NCBI GenBank assembly: GCA_005880755.1
Contig: VBGV01000067.1
Span: 1 to 30,318 of the forward strand
DNA length: 30,318 nucleotides
DNA from: Chloroflexota bacterium
GTDB taxonomy: Bacteria > Chloroflexota > Dormibacteria > Dormibacterales > Dormibacteraceae
Direction: 5' to 3'
Shown here: in pieces, positions 9,185 to 17,657 of the stretch
Layout of the letters: each line of letters starts with the position of its first letter
Position numbering within the stretch: the stretch's first letter is position 1
The notes under the pieces: model-generated
Told to the model about the DNA's origin: nothing
What the model saw: only the letters and a program-made list of their open reading frames with translations
The model's database searches: none
Program-made: the position numbers and the translations under genes

Positions 9185-10363
9185 ATGAAGTTTGGAGCTG
9201 TGGTAGCGGTCGCCATGGTCACAGGGCTTTTGGCGACCGCGTGTGGAAGCAGCAACACGAGCACCGGCAGCAAGCACCGGGTGCCGCCGACGGCGAGCAT
9301 GAAACCGCTGGACAAGGTGGGCGCGGGCGAGGGTCTGCTGAACTTGATCGCGTGGGAAGGCTACGTCGACGACTCCTGGAAGAAGTCGTTTGAGCAGACG
9401 ACCGGCTGCCAGGTCCACGCCCAGTACGCGGGCTCGTCCGACGAGATGGTCAGCCTGATGCAGAACGGTGGAGGCGGCCAGTGGGACATGGTCTCGGCCT
9501 CTGGTGACGCGGACCTCCGTCTGATCTACGGCGGCGACGTCAAGCCGATGAACGAGAAGCTGATCTCCGACTGGCAGAACTTCCAGACGTATTTCAAGAA
9601 CCCGCAGTACAACACGATCGACGGGGTGCACTACGGGATCTCGCTGCAGTGGGGTCCGAACGTGCTCCTCTACAACACCAACAAATTCAAGATCGCCCCG
9701 ACGAGCTGGAGCGCGGTCTACGACAACAGCAACAAAGGCCTGGTCACGGCGTACGACTACCCGATCACGATCGCTGACGCGGCCCTGTACCTGAGCAAGT
9801 CACAGCCGAGCCTCGGGATCAAGGACCCGTACGAGCTGACCAAGAAGCAGTTCGACGCGACCGTGGCGCTGCTGATGCAGCAGCGTCAGCTGATCAAGAA
9901 GTACTGGCCGTCCGCTTCCGAGGAGATCTCCATGTTCCAGAACGGCGACGCTTTCATCGGCGCCGCCTGGCCCTACCAGACGATCCAGCTGAAGGCAGCC
10001 GGGGCGCCCGTCGCGGACACCATCCCGAGCGAGGGCGCGACCGGGTGGGGCGACACGTGGATGCTCGCCACCAAGGCTCCGCATCCCAACTGCGCCTATC
10101 TGTGGACGCAGTACGTGAGCACCGCCAAAGTTCAGGCCGAGCAGGCTCTGTTCTTCGGCGAGACGCCCGTCAACACCAAGGCGTGCGGAGAGATGGAAGC
10201 CCTGCAGGCCGGCTCGTGCGCCCAGTACCACGCCTCCGAGCCTGGCTCGTACATCGACACCATTCACTTCTGGAAGACGCCCGAGACCACCTGCGCGGAT
10301 GGAAGCGAAAACTGCATCCCATACGACCAGTGGGTTTCGGCCTGGACCACGATCAAGGGCTAG
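9185..10363 (+). CDS. ABC transporter substrate-binding lipoprotein (YdcS/PotD-like)
   Basis: GGAGG RBS, lipobox LLATAC, LNLIAWEGY, DMVSASGDA, WGPNVLLYN, EGATGWGDTWM. Confidence 0.88.
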   Translation: MKFGAVVAVAMVTGLLATACGSSNTSTGSKHRVPPTASMKPLDKVGAGEGLLNLIAWEGYVDDSWKKSFEQTTGCQVHAQYAGSSDEMVSLMQNGGGGQWDMVSASGDADLRLIYGGDVKPMNEKLISDWQNFQTYFKNPQYNTIDGVHYGISLQWGPNVLLYNTNKFKIAPTSWSAVYDNSNKGLVTAYDYPITIADAALYLSKSQPSLGIKDPYELTKKQFDATVALLMQQRQLIKKYWPSASEEISMFQNGDAFIGAAWPYQTIQLKAAGAPVADTIPSEGATGWGDTWMLATKAPHPNCAYLWTQYVSTAKVQAEQALFFGETPVNTKACGEMEALQAGSCAQYHASEPGSYIDTIHFWKTPETTCADGSENCIPYDQWVSAWTTIKG

Positions 10364-10370
10364 CAACGCA

Positions 10371-11285
10371 GTGGCGGTGAAAGCCGTTGGACGGCCTCGC
10401 CCCAAGGGAGGCGGGGCCGTCCCCTTTGCAGCCCTGTTCTGGCGACTGCCCTGGCTTCGCTCGCTCCTCCTCCTCACGCCGCCCTTGGCGTGGTTCGTGG
10501 TCATCTATTTCGCCTCGCTCGTCCTGCTCCTCGTCACAGCCTTCTGGACCACCGATCCGTTCACCACCCAGGTGGTCCAGGTCTGGAACACCAGCAACTT
10601 CGAGCGGATCCTCAACGAGCCCGTCTATCACGACATCGTCGGCCGGACGGTGCTGCTGGCGGTGCTGGTGACCTTGACCGACGCGGCGCTCGCCTTCCCG
10701 TTTGCCTACTACATGGCCCGCGTTGCATCGCGACGGGTTCAGACGTTGCTGTTCGCGGCCGTGCTGCTGCCCCTGTGGGCGAGCTACCTGGCGCGTGTGT
10801 ACGCGTGGATCCTGATCCTCAACCACAGCGGGCTGCTCAACTGGAGCCTGCAGTCGATCGGCCTGCCGCCCGCCAACATCGGATACACGAACGTCGCGAT
10901 GTGGGTCGTCTTCTCGTACATCTGGCTGCCGTTCATGATCATCCCGACATACGCAGCGCTCGAGCGCGTGCCCGAATCGCTCCTCGAGGCTTCCGCCGAC
11001 CTCGGTGCGCGGCGCTGGCGGACGATCCGCGACATCGTCCTTCCGCTCGCGCTGCCCGGAGTCGTCGCGGGTTCGATCTTCACCTTCTCGCTGACGCTGG
11101 GCGACTACATCACGCCGGTACTGGTCGGCGGCGCCGGATCCACCTTCATCGGCAACGTCGTGTTCAGCAACATCGGCATCGCCAACAACATCCCGTTCGC
11201 GGCGGCGCTGTCGACGATCCCGGTGGCGATCATGGCCGTCTATCTGTTCATCGCCCAACGCCTGGGCGCGTTCGAGGCCCTCTGA
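10371..11285 (+). CDS. ABC transporter permease (YdcU/PotB-like)
   Basis: Multiple TM helices and the EAA loop SLLEASADLGARRWRTIRDIVLPL. The start was moved from 10299 (inside the SBP gene) to GTG 10371. Confidence 0.85.
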   Translation: MAVKAVGRPRPKGGGAVPFAALFWRLPWLRSLLLLTPPLAWFVVIYFASLVLLLVTAFWTTDPFTTQVVQVWNTSNFERILNEPVYHDIVGRTVLLAVLVTLTDAALAFPFAYYMARVASRRVQTLLFAAVLLPLWASYLARVYAWILILNHSGLLNWSLQSIGLPPANIGYTNVAMWVVFSYIWLPFMIIPTYAALERVPESLLEASADLGARRWRTIRDIVLPLALPGVVAGSIFTFSLTLGDYITPVLVGGAGSTFIGNVVFSNIGIANNIPFAAALSTIPVAIMAVYLFIAQRLGAFEAL

Positions 11286-12091
11286 TGGAAGGCTTGTGGA
11301 CCCGCTGGCTGCTCCGGACCTGGGTCGTGCTCATCCTCCTGTTCCTGTTCATCCCGATCCTTCTGATCTTCCTGTACGCCTTCAACACCTCCAACATCCA
11401 GAGCTGGCCCATCCCCGGCCTGACCTTGAAATGGTTCAGCTCGACGTTCGACGATGCTGACGTCCGCACCTCACTGAGCCTGTCGCTGCAGGTCGGGCTG
11501 ATCGCCACCGCGCTGGCGCTGGTGCTCGGCTCGTTCGCCGCGTTCGCCATCCATCGCATGACGTGGTTCGGTCGCGAGGTCGTGAGCCTGATGTTCATAC
11601 TGCCGCTCGCCCTGCCCGGAATCATCACCGGCATCTCGCTCAAGGCTTTCTTCAGCTTCGACGGTGTGCCCTTGTCGCTCTTGACGATCGTCGTGGGGCA
11701 CACGACGTTCTGCATCGTCGTGGTCTACAACAACGTGCTGGCGAGACTGCGCCGGACGCAGGGCTCCTTGATCGAGGCGGCGATGGACCTCGGCGCCAAC
11801 GGCTTCCAGGTCTTCCGCGACATCACGCTGCCGCTCATCTCGACCTCAGTGGTCGCAGGAGCGATGCTCGCCTTCGCGCTGTCCTTCGACGAGGTGATCG
11901 TCACCACGTTCACCGCCGGAGCCCAAAACACGCTGCCGCTGTGGATCTTCGGCGCGATCCGCCTGGGTCAGCGCCTCCCCGAGGTCAACGTGGTCGTGTC
12001 CTTCGTGATCCTGGTCACGATCATCCCGGTCGTGATCGCCGCTCGCCTGACGGGAGGCGGCGGCGCGGCAAGGGTTCCCGCGGCGCGCTAG
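11285..12091 (+). CDS. ABC transporter permease (YdcV/PotC-like)
   Basis: The ATG overlaps the upstream TGA (TGATG at 11283-11287). EAA loop SLIEAAMDLGANGFQVFRDITLP and SFDEVIVTTF. Confidence 0.88.
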   Translation: MEGLWTRWLLRTWVVLILLFLFIPILLIFLYAFNTSNIQSWPIPGLTLKWFSSTFDDADVRTSLSLSLQVGLIATALALVLGSFAAFAIHRMTWFGREVVSLMFILPLALPGIITGISLKAFFSFDGVPLSLLTIVVGHTTFCIVVVYNNVLARLRRTQGSLIEAAMDLGANGFQVFRDITLPLISTSVVAGAMLAFALSFDEVIVTTFTAGAQNTLPLWIFGAIRLGQRLPEVNVVVSFVILVTIIPVVIAARLTGGGGAARVPAAR

Positions 12092-12363
12092 ACGATCAGA
12101 GACAGGACCCAGAGCGCCAGGCCGATCGCGATCAGGTTCAGCTTGCGATAGCGCCACCCGATCGCCGCCAGCACGAATGCGACAAAGGCCAGGATCAGCA
12201 GGATCGTGCTGATGTTCAGGCTCGAGAGGTGACCGATCAGCTGCGAGAGCGACCACACCGCCAGACCAATCGCGATGAGGTCCGTCTTCCGCCAGGAGAA
12301 GCCAATTGCGGCAAGGGCAAAGGCGATGAGGGCTACCACTAGGAGGATGGTGTTCACGTTCAT
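12088..12363 (-). CDS. Small 4-TM membrane protein built from an internal tandem duplication
   Basis: 91 aa, nearly all hydrophobic. Residues 2-43 and 50-91 share 25 of 42 identical positions. Confidence 0.75.
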   Translation of the reverse strand: MNVNTILLVVALIAFALAAIGFSWRKTDLIAIGLAVWSLSQLIGHLSSLNISTILLILAFVAFVLAAIGWRYRKLNLIAIGLALWVLSLIV

Positions 12364-12378
12364 GGGTGCTATTTTCGG

Positions 12379-12717
12379 CTACGGAACCGTGATTTGAGCC
12401 GCCGGATGCTCCCCCAGTGTTCCCGCCGGCATGTACCAGGTGAACACCTCGACCCGCAGCCGGCCCGCCCGCACCGATGGGTCGCCTTCCAGCAACCGGC
12501 GCGTCTCCTCGAGCGACGTGCGGTAGACACCGATCCCCCGAAGCGCCTCGTCCGGCTGGCCGTCCAATGGCCCGTTGATGACCGCGTGCCCGGCCTCGCG
12601 CATCCTTGCGTTGAACGCCATATGCTCCCGCTGCAATGCCTCGAGCTCCGCTTCGCTGAGGATCGGCGCGTCCGGCGGCCGGCGCAGAAAGACGACGGTG
12701 TAGGCGTCTAGCTCCAT
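12379..12717 (-). CDS. YciI-family protein
   Basis: Motifs YTVVFLRR, EHMAF (conserved His), NGPLDG, GIGVY, DPSVRAGRLRVEVFTW. Confidence 0.8.
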   Translation of the reverse strand: MELDAYTVVFLRRPPDAPILSEAELEALQREHMAFNARMREAGHAVINGPLDGQPDEALRGIGVYRTSLEETRRLLEGDPSVRAGRLRVEVFTWYMPAGTLGEHPAAQITVP

Positions 12718-12722
12718 GGCGC

Positions 12723-12729
12723 CAGACTA
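12723..12729. promoter_or_regulatory. Overlapping bidirectional -10 elements serving two leaderless genes
   Basis: Minus-strand TAGTCT (12724-12729) lies 6 nt before ATG 12717. Plus-strand CAGACT (12723-12728) lies 6 nt before GTG 12735. Neither gene has an RBS. Confidence 0.55.
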
Positions 12730-12734
12730 ACGCC

Positions 12735-14165
12735 GTGCCGGCGGCCTCCAACCCGCTCAACCTGACCGGCCTGGCGCGGACCCCCGGCGCGCAGCGGAGC
12801 TGGTGGCTGCGCGAGGCGCTCGGGCAGGAGCCAGGCCAGCCTTGCCCGCCGCTTCAAGCGGACGTCAAGACGGACGTCGTCATCGTGGGAGGCGGCTTCA
12901 CGGGGCTGTGGACGGCCTACTTCCTGATCGAGCGCAACCCGGACCTCGGCGTCGTCGTGCTCGAGCAGGACATCTGCGGCGGGGGCCCGAGCGGACGCAA
13001 CGGAGGCTTTGCGAGCGGCTGGTGGGACGAGCTCGACGGCCTCGTCACGCTTTACGGGCCCGAGGCGGCCGTGAAGGCGTGCCGCGCCATCTCATCCAGC
13101 ATCGGCGCGATCGGCGAATTCTGCGACCGCCACGGCATCGACGCGTGGTACCGGCGCGGGGGCTATATGTACGCCGTCACCGCCTCGGCGCACGAGCGGC
13201 TCTGCAAGGAGATGGTCGAGCTCGCGCGGGAGGTTGGCGCCGCCGACGAGCTGCGCGAGCTGACGGCAGCCGAGGTCAAGGCCCGATGCGCCTCGCCGGC
13301 GTTTCGCGGCGGAGCGTTCATGCGCGACGGGGCGTCGGTCCAGCCGGCGATACTGGTCCGCGGGCTGCGCCGTGTCCTGCTCGAGCGCGGCGTGACGATC
13401 CACGAAGGCACGGTGGTGACCGGTCTCGACGGCACTGACGCCGTCACCGCGCGCGGCCATGTGCGGGCCAAGCACGCGGTGCTCGCCGTCAACGCGTGGG
13501 GCATCGGCTGGCCGCAGCTCAACCGGAGGCTGGTGGCGTGGAGCAGCTACATCGTGCTCACGGCGCCGGCGCCCGAACGATTGCGAGAGATCGGGTGGAC
13601 CGGAGGCGAGCTGATCAGCGACTTTCGCACCTCGCTCCGCTACTTCAGGACCACCAGGGATGGGCGGATTGCTTTCGGCGGCGGCGGCGGCCGCGCCAGG
13701 CGGACCGTCGACGAGATGTTCACAGGCGATACCCGCGCGGTCAGCGAGACAGCGGACGGATTCCGCCTCATGTTTCCAAGCTTTGCCGACGTCCCCATCG
13801 AGGACGCCTGGGGCGGGCCGATCGACGTCTCGCCGACCCACCTCCCGACGTTTGGACGCGTCGGTGACGGCGTGTACTACGCGGGTGGTTACACCGGCAA
13901 TGGCGTCGCGCCGACGCACCTCGCGGGCCAGGTCCTTGCCGATCTCATCACCGGGGCCGACACCGACGCAGTCCGGCTGCCCATGGTCAACGCGAGGCCG
14001 AGGTCCTTTCCGCCGGAACCGTTTCGCTCGTGGGGCGCGGCGGTGGTGAGGCGAGCGATGATCGCCAAAGAGACCGCTGAGGAGCGCGGGACTCAGCCGA
14101 GCTTCCTGGTCTCGCAGCTCTCACGCACACCGCGCCGGCTGGGCTACCTGCTAGGGCCGGATTAG
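12735..14165 (+). CDS. FAD-dependent oxidoreductase, DAO/PuuB (gamma-glutamylputrescine oxidase-like) family
   Basis: Rossmann motif DVVIVGGGFTGLWTA, GPSGRNGGF, AWGGPIDVS, GYTGNGVAPTHLAG. Confidence 0.85.
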   Translation: MPAASNPLNLTGLARTPGAQRSWWLREALGQEPGQPCPPLQADVKTDVVIVGGGFTGLWTAYFLIERNPDLGVVVLEQDICGGGPSGRNGGFASGWWDELDGLVTLYGPEAAVKACRAISSSIGAIGEFCDRHGIDAWYRRGGYMYAVTASAHERLCKEMVELAREVGAADELRELTAAEVKARCASPAFRGGAFMRDGASVQPAILVRGLRRVLLERGVTIHEGTVVTGLDGTDAVTARGHVRAKHAVLAVNAWGIGWPQLNRRLVAWSSYIVLTAPAPERLREIGWTGGELISDFRTSLRYFRTTRDGRIAFGGGGGRARRTVDEMFTGDTRAVSETADGFRLMFPSFADVPIEDAWGGPIDVSPTHLPTFGRVGDGVYYAGGYTGNGVAPTHLAGQVLADLITGADTDAVRLPMVNARPRSFPPEPFRSWGAAVVRRAMIAKETAEERGTQPSFLVSQLSRTPRRLGYLLGPD

Positions 14166-14903
14166 GTCTCCCAGCAGATGCACGCCCCAGCCCCTCGGCA
14201 TCAGGCGCTCTGACATCACAGAGGCCCTGAACATGAAGCTGCTCACCGCGAGGTATGTCGGATCCGGCACCACGCGCATGTCGTACACCTCCAGGCCGGA
14301 CGCCTTCGCGTGCCCGCGAATCGCGCCGACGGTGTTCGCTCGATACCGCACGGGAAACGTGTCCGCCTCTTCGCGCCCATAGAAGCGCGGCACGAGGCGC
14401 CGCTGCAGGGACGGCAGCGCCCTTCCGATGCGGTTCGCCACCATCAGCGGATTGCGCATGTTGGGGGTGAGAAAGACGAAGTGCCCTCCGGGCATCAACA
14501 CGCGATGCACCTCACGCAGCATCGTGACCGGAGCCTGCAGGTGCTCGAGCACCCAGAGGCACACGATCAGGTCGAACGACTCGTCGACGAACGGCAGCCT
14601 CTCTCCCACTCCGCGGATGACGGGCATGCCTGGTGCGCGATGCTCGTTCAGCGAGGGCGAATCGGGATCGAGCCCGGCGGCAAACCTGACGTCGCGCCAG
14701 AACAGCTCGACGACACCGCCACGGCCGCACCCGAGGTCGAGCACGCGGCTTTTCGCGGTGGCGTGGCTGCGGAGCATCGCCTCGAGCTGGTCACCGCTCG
14801 ACCTCCACTCCGGACGGATGGCGCGGTAGCGCTCGCGATACGCGTTCTGGACGGCCAGCGGCAGGAACGCCCCCCGCCCTATCTGCTCCTCGGCCTGGGC
14901 CAT
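14151..14903 (-). CDS. Class I SAM-dependent methyltransferase
   Basis: Motif I VLDLGCGRGG, LPFVDESFDLIVCLWVLEHL, and LMPGGHFVFLTPN. Confidence 0.85.
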   Translation of the reverse strand: MAQAEEQIGRGAFLPLAVQNAYRERYRAIRPEWRSSGDQLEAMLRSHATAKSRVLDLGCGRGGVVELFWRDVRFAAGLDPDSPSLNEHRAPGMPVIRGVGERLPFVDESFDLIVCLWVLEHLQAPVTMLREVHRVLMPGGHFVFLTPNMRNPLMVANRIGRALPSLQRRLVPRFYGREEADTFPVRYRANTVGAIRGHAKASGLEVYDMRVVPDPTYLAVSSFMFRASVMSERLMPRGWGVHLLGDLIRP

Positions 14904-14921
14904 GCAGCGGGCATTTTGACC

Positions 14922-15542
14922 TCAGGAGCGGTTGGCTGCAACCTTCAAGTCGGCAACCAACGAAGACATTGCGACCTCACGCGCCTCATCGTCGGTCGCC
15001 CTCAGAATTGAGGACGGGTGGACGGTGGCGACCACCGGGACACCAAAAGGAGAGGCAAGCACCTCGCCCCGCTGCTTGCTGACGCGGAACGCAGGTCCCA
15101 TCACAGACTGGGCAGCGGTCGCGCCCAGGAGGACCATGATCCGCGGCTGCACCACCGTGATCTCCGCCTCCAGCCAAGGGCGGCAAGCCCGGACCTGGCC
15201 TGCATTCGGCTTTTCGTGCAGGCGGCGCTTGCCGCGGCGCGTCCAGCGGAAGTGCTTGACGGCGTTGGTGACGTAGACCCGCCGGCGGTCGATCCCCGCC
15301 TCTTCCAGCGCCTTCTCCAGGAGGCGTCCCGCGGGCCCGACGAACGGCTTGCCCTGGAGGTCCTCCTGGTCGCCCGGCTGCTCGCCGATCAGCATCATCC
15401 GGGCGTGCTCGGTGCCGTCGCCGAAGACGGTCTGCGTGGCGTTCTCCCACAGGTCGCAGGCCTGGCAGGAGGCGGCGGCCTCTCTCAGCTGCTCCACGCT
15501 GCGGGGGCTCGGAGGCGGCTGCGCCACGTTCAGATAACGCAC
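14922..15542 (-). CDS. udgX: UdgX-family uracil-DNA binding protein (family 4 UDG-like, 4Fe-4S)
   Basis: Fe-S ligand motifs CQAC, KH and ACRPW, motif A GEQPG, R-loop RGKRRLH with the UdgX histidine, motif B HPSSILR. Confidence 0.9.
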   Translation of the reverse strand: MRYLNVAQPPPSPRSVEQLREAAASCQACDLWENATQTVFGDGTEHARMMLIGEQPGDQEDLQGKPFVGPAGRLLEKALEEAGIDRRRVYVTNAVKHFRWTRRGKRRLHEKPNAGQVRACRPWLEAEITVVQPRIMVLLGATAAQSVMGPAFRVSKQRGEVLASPFGVPVVATVHPSSILRATDDEAREVAMSSLVADLKVAANRS

Positions 15543-15565
15543 GAATTGGGAATAGATAGAGACGT

Positions 15566-15799
15566 ATGTCGAAGGGAGATTTCGTGGAAGTCCTGGTGGA
15601 CGCCGGCAGCGGCTCGGCCCGTGAGTACGTCATCGAGGCCACCCGTGCCGGACGCAGTGTCGAGGTGCGCAGCTCGCGCACGACGGTCGAGGTCCGAGAG
15701 CTGACCCGCACTGGCGGCGTGATCCGTACCGCGAGGTTCATCGCGCCTCGCGTCCTGGCAGTGGTCGAGCACCCCAAGGACGACAGGAAGGCAGCCTAA
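15566..15799 (+). CDS. Small beta-rich hypothetical protein (77 aa)
   Basis: ATG start, GC3-biased codons, fills the gap between udgX and the dehydrogenase. It ends 10 nt before the next gene. Confidence 0.7.
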   Translation: MSKGDFVEVLVDAGSGSAREYVIEATRAGRSVEVRSSRTTVEVRELTRTGGVIRTARFIAPRVLAVVEHPKDDRKAA

Positions 15800-15809
15800 A
15801 CTCCGAGGA

Positions 15810-16874
15810 GTGCTAGAACTCCTCGAGACCTGGGACGGCGAGTCGGTCTCGATTCATCGCGACCGCGAAACGGGCACGTGGATGTTCATCTGCGTCCACT
15901 CGACGGCCCTCGGATCAGCCGCCGGCGGGACACGCATGAAGCACTACGACCGGCCCGCCGACGCGCTCGCCGACGGCATGCGCCTCTCCGAGGCGATGAG
16001 CCTGAAGCTCGCGAGCGTCGACTTTCCACACGGCGGCGGCAAGGCGGTCATCGCGCTGCCTTCGACGGAGATCCCGCAAGGAGACGCGAGACGGCGTTTG
16101 CTGCACGAATACGGCCGGTTCATCAACTCGCTGGGCGGCCTTTATAGCTGCGCACCCGACATGAACACCTCAGCCGCCGACATGGACATGATCGCGGAGG
16201 TGACACCGTACGTCTTCTGCAAGACCGAGGCCGCCGGCGGGGCTGGCGACACCGCACCGGACACCGCGGTCGGCGTCCTCCACGGCATCCGCGCGAGCTG
16301 CCGCTACGCGTTCGGCTCGGACGACCTCAGCCAGAGAAGCGTCCTCGTGCAAGGGGCGGGTGGCGTCGGTGGCCGCCTCATCGAGCTGCTGCTGGAAGCG
16401 GACACCAAGGTGATCGCCACGGACATCGATCCCGCGCGCCTCGCCAACATGCGCGACAAGGGAATCGTGGTGGTTGCGCCGGATCGCGCGCTCACCACGC
16501 CGTGCGACGTGCTCGCCCCTTGCGCGACGGGAGGCATCATCAACGCCCGTACGATCCCCAACCTTCAATGTCGCGTGATCGCGGGCGGCGCCAACAACCA
16601 GCTGGAAACGCCCGCTGACGCAGACGCGTTGCGCGGCAGGGGAATCGCCTACGCGCCGGACTTCGTGATCAACGCCGGCGGCGTCCTCCATGGAGGCGGG
16701 CTGGAGGAGCAGCACTGGACTCACGAGGTCCTCGAGTCCAAGCTCGCCGGGATCGGCGACGTGATCTTCGAGATCTTTCAGCGAGCCGAGCGCGAAGGCA
16801 TCAGCACGGACGCGGCCGCGAGACGAATTGCGTTGGCCCGGATGGGGAAAGCTACGCCGGTTTCGACGCCCTGA
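15810..16874 (+). CDS. Glu/Leu/Phe/Val dehydrogenase (leucine/valine dehydrogenase-like)
   Basis: GGTR, MSLK, catalytic Lys in HGGGKAVI, APDMNT, NAD-binding QGAGGVG, APCATGG, AGGANNQL, YAPDFVINAGG. Confidence 0.9.
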   Translation: MLELLETWDGESVSIHRDRETGTWMFICVHSTALGSAAGGTRMKHYDRPADALADGMRLSEAMSLKLASVDFPHGGGKAVIALPSTEIPQGDARRRLLHEYGRFINSLGGLYSCAPDMNTSAADMDMIAEVTPYVFCKTEAAGGAGDTAPDTAVGVLHGIRASCRYAFGSDDLSQRSVLVQGAGGVGGRLIELLLEADTKVIATDIDPARLANMRDKGIVVVAPDRALTTPCDVLAPCATGGIINARTIPNLQCRVIAGGANNQLETPADADALRGRGIAYAPDFVINAGGVLHGGGLEEQHWTHEVLESKLAGIGDVIFEIFQRAEREGISTDAAARRIALARMGKATPVSTP

Positions 16875-17601
16875 TGTAGGCGCTTCCGACCTTGCCCGCG
16901 CCAGGCAGGACCTGGGTCGCGTGCACCTCGAACTCCGGTTCCGCGAATCCTGCCGCGACCAGGGCCGCGCGGTATTCGTCGATCGGGATCGTGCCCGAGA
17001 TGCAGCCCGCCCAGGTGTCGAGCTGCTTTTTGAGCGCGGGGGCGAGGGCTTCCAGCTCGACCATGTCCGCGACCGCGAACCGGCCACCCGGGCGCAGGAT
17101 CCGATAAGCCTCCCTGATCACAGCGGCCTTGTCCTCCGCGAGATTGATCACGCAGTTGGAGATCACGACGTCGACTGACGCGTCGGCAAGGGGGACGTTG
17201 TCGATGGATCCCGTCAAGAACGTGGCGTTGGTAATGCCCGCCTTCGCGCGATTGCGATTGGCGAGCTCGAGCATCTCGTCGGTCATGTCGACGCCGTACG
17301 CGTGGCCGCCCGGCGAGACCCGTCGCGCCGACAGCAGCACGTCCAGCCCCGCCCCGGATCCCAGGTCGAGCACGATCTCGCCCGGCTTCAGGTCGGCGAG
17401 CATGGTCGGGTTGCCGCAACCGAGGCTCACCGAGTCGGTCAATCCGATCTCCTTCAGCTCTGCCTCCGCGTAAGAGCCCGCGCAGCCGCAGTCGGGGCCG
17501 TCGACCGCGCAACAGCCGGCTTTGGAGTCGACCGGCAGCACGGCGATCAGCTTCGCCGCGTTCGCGTACCGGGATCTGACGGCTTCTTTGACTTCGCTCA
17601 T
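16852..17601 (-). CDS. arsM: Arsenite S-adenosylmethionine methyltransferase
   Basis: N-terminal CC/CGC, SLGCGNP, VLDLGSGAGLD, GVDMTDEML, SNCVINL, WAGCISG (the conserved ArsM cysteines). AGGAG RBS. Divergent from arsR. Confidence 0.92.
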   Translation of the reverse strand: MSEVKEAVRSRYANAAKLIAVLPVDSKAGCCAVDGPDCGCAGSYAEAELKEIGLTDSVSLGCGNPTMLADLKPGEIVLDLGSGAGLDVLLSARRVSPGGHAYGVDMTDEMLELANRNRAKAGITNATFLTGSIDNVPLADASVDVVISNCVINLAEDKAAVIREAYRILRPGGRFAVADMVELEALAPALKKQLDTWAGCISGTIPIDEYRAALVAAGFAEPEFEVHATQVLPGAGKVGSAYIRASKPA

Positions 17602-17617
17602 CGTGTCATGCTCCTGA

Positions 17618-17641
17618 ATCCATCGATAATCGTCGATGGAT
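17618..17641. promoter_or_regulatory. ArsR/SmtB-type operator (inverted repeat)
   Basis: ATCCATCGA-TAATCG-TCGATGGAT has perfect 9-bp arms and lies between the arsM RBS and the shared -10 region. Confidence 0.75.
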
Positions 17642-17647
17642 ACTGTA
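17641..17647. promoter_or_regulatory. Overlapping bidirectional -10 elements for arsR and arsM
   Basis: TACTGT on plus (17641-17646) and TACAGT on minus (17642-17647). Both are TANNNT. Confidence 0.55.
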
Positions 17648-17657
17648 GCATGGAGTC

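Noticed and set aside
10490-11284. Long N-terminal extension of the second permease (533-aa ORF)
   Set aside because: It overlaps the first permease in another frame. The real start is the coupled ATG at 11285.
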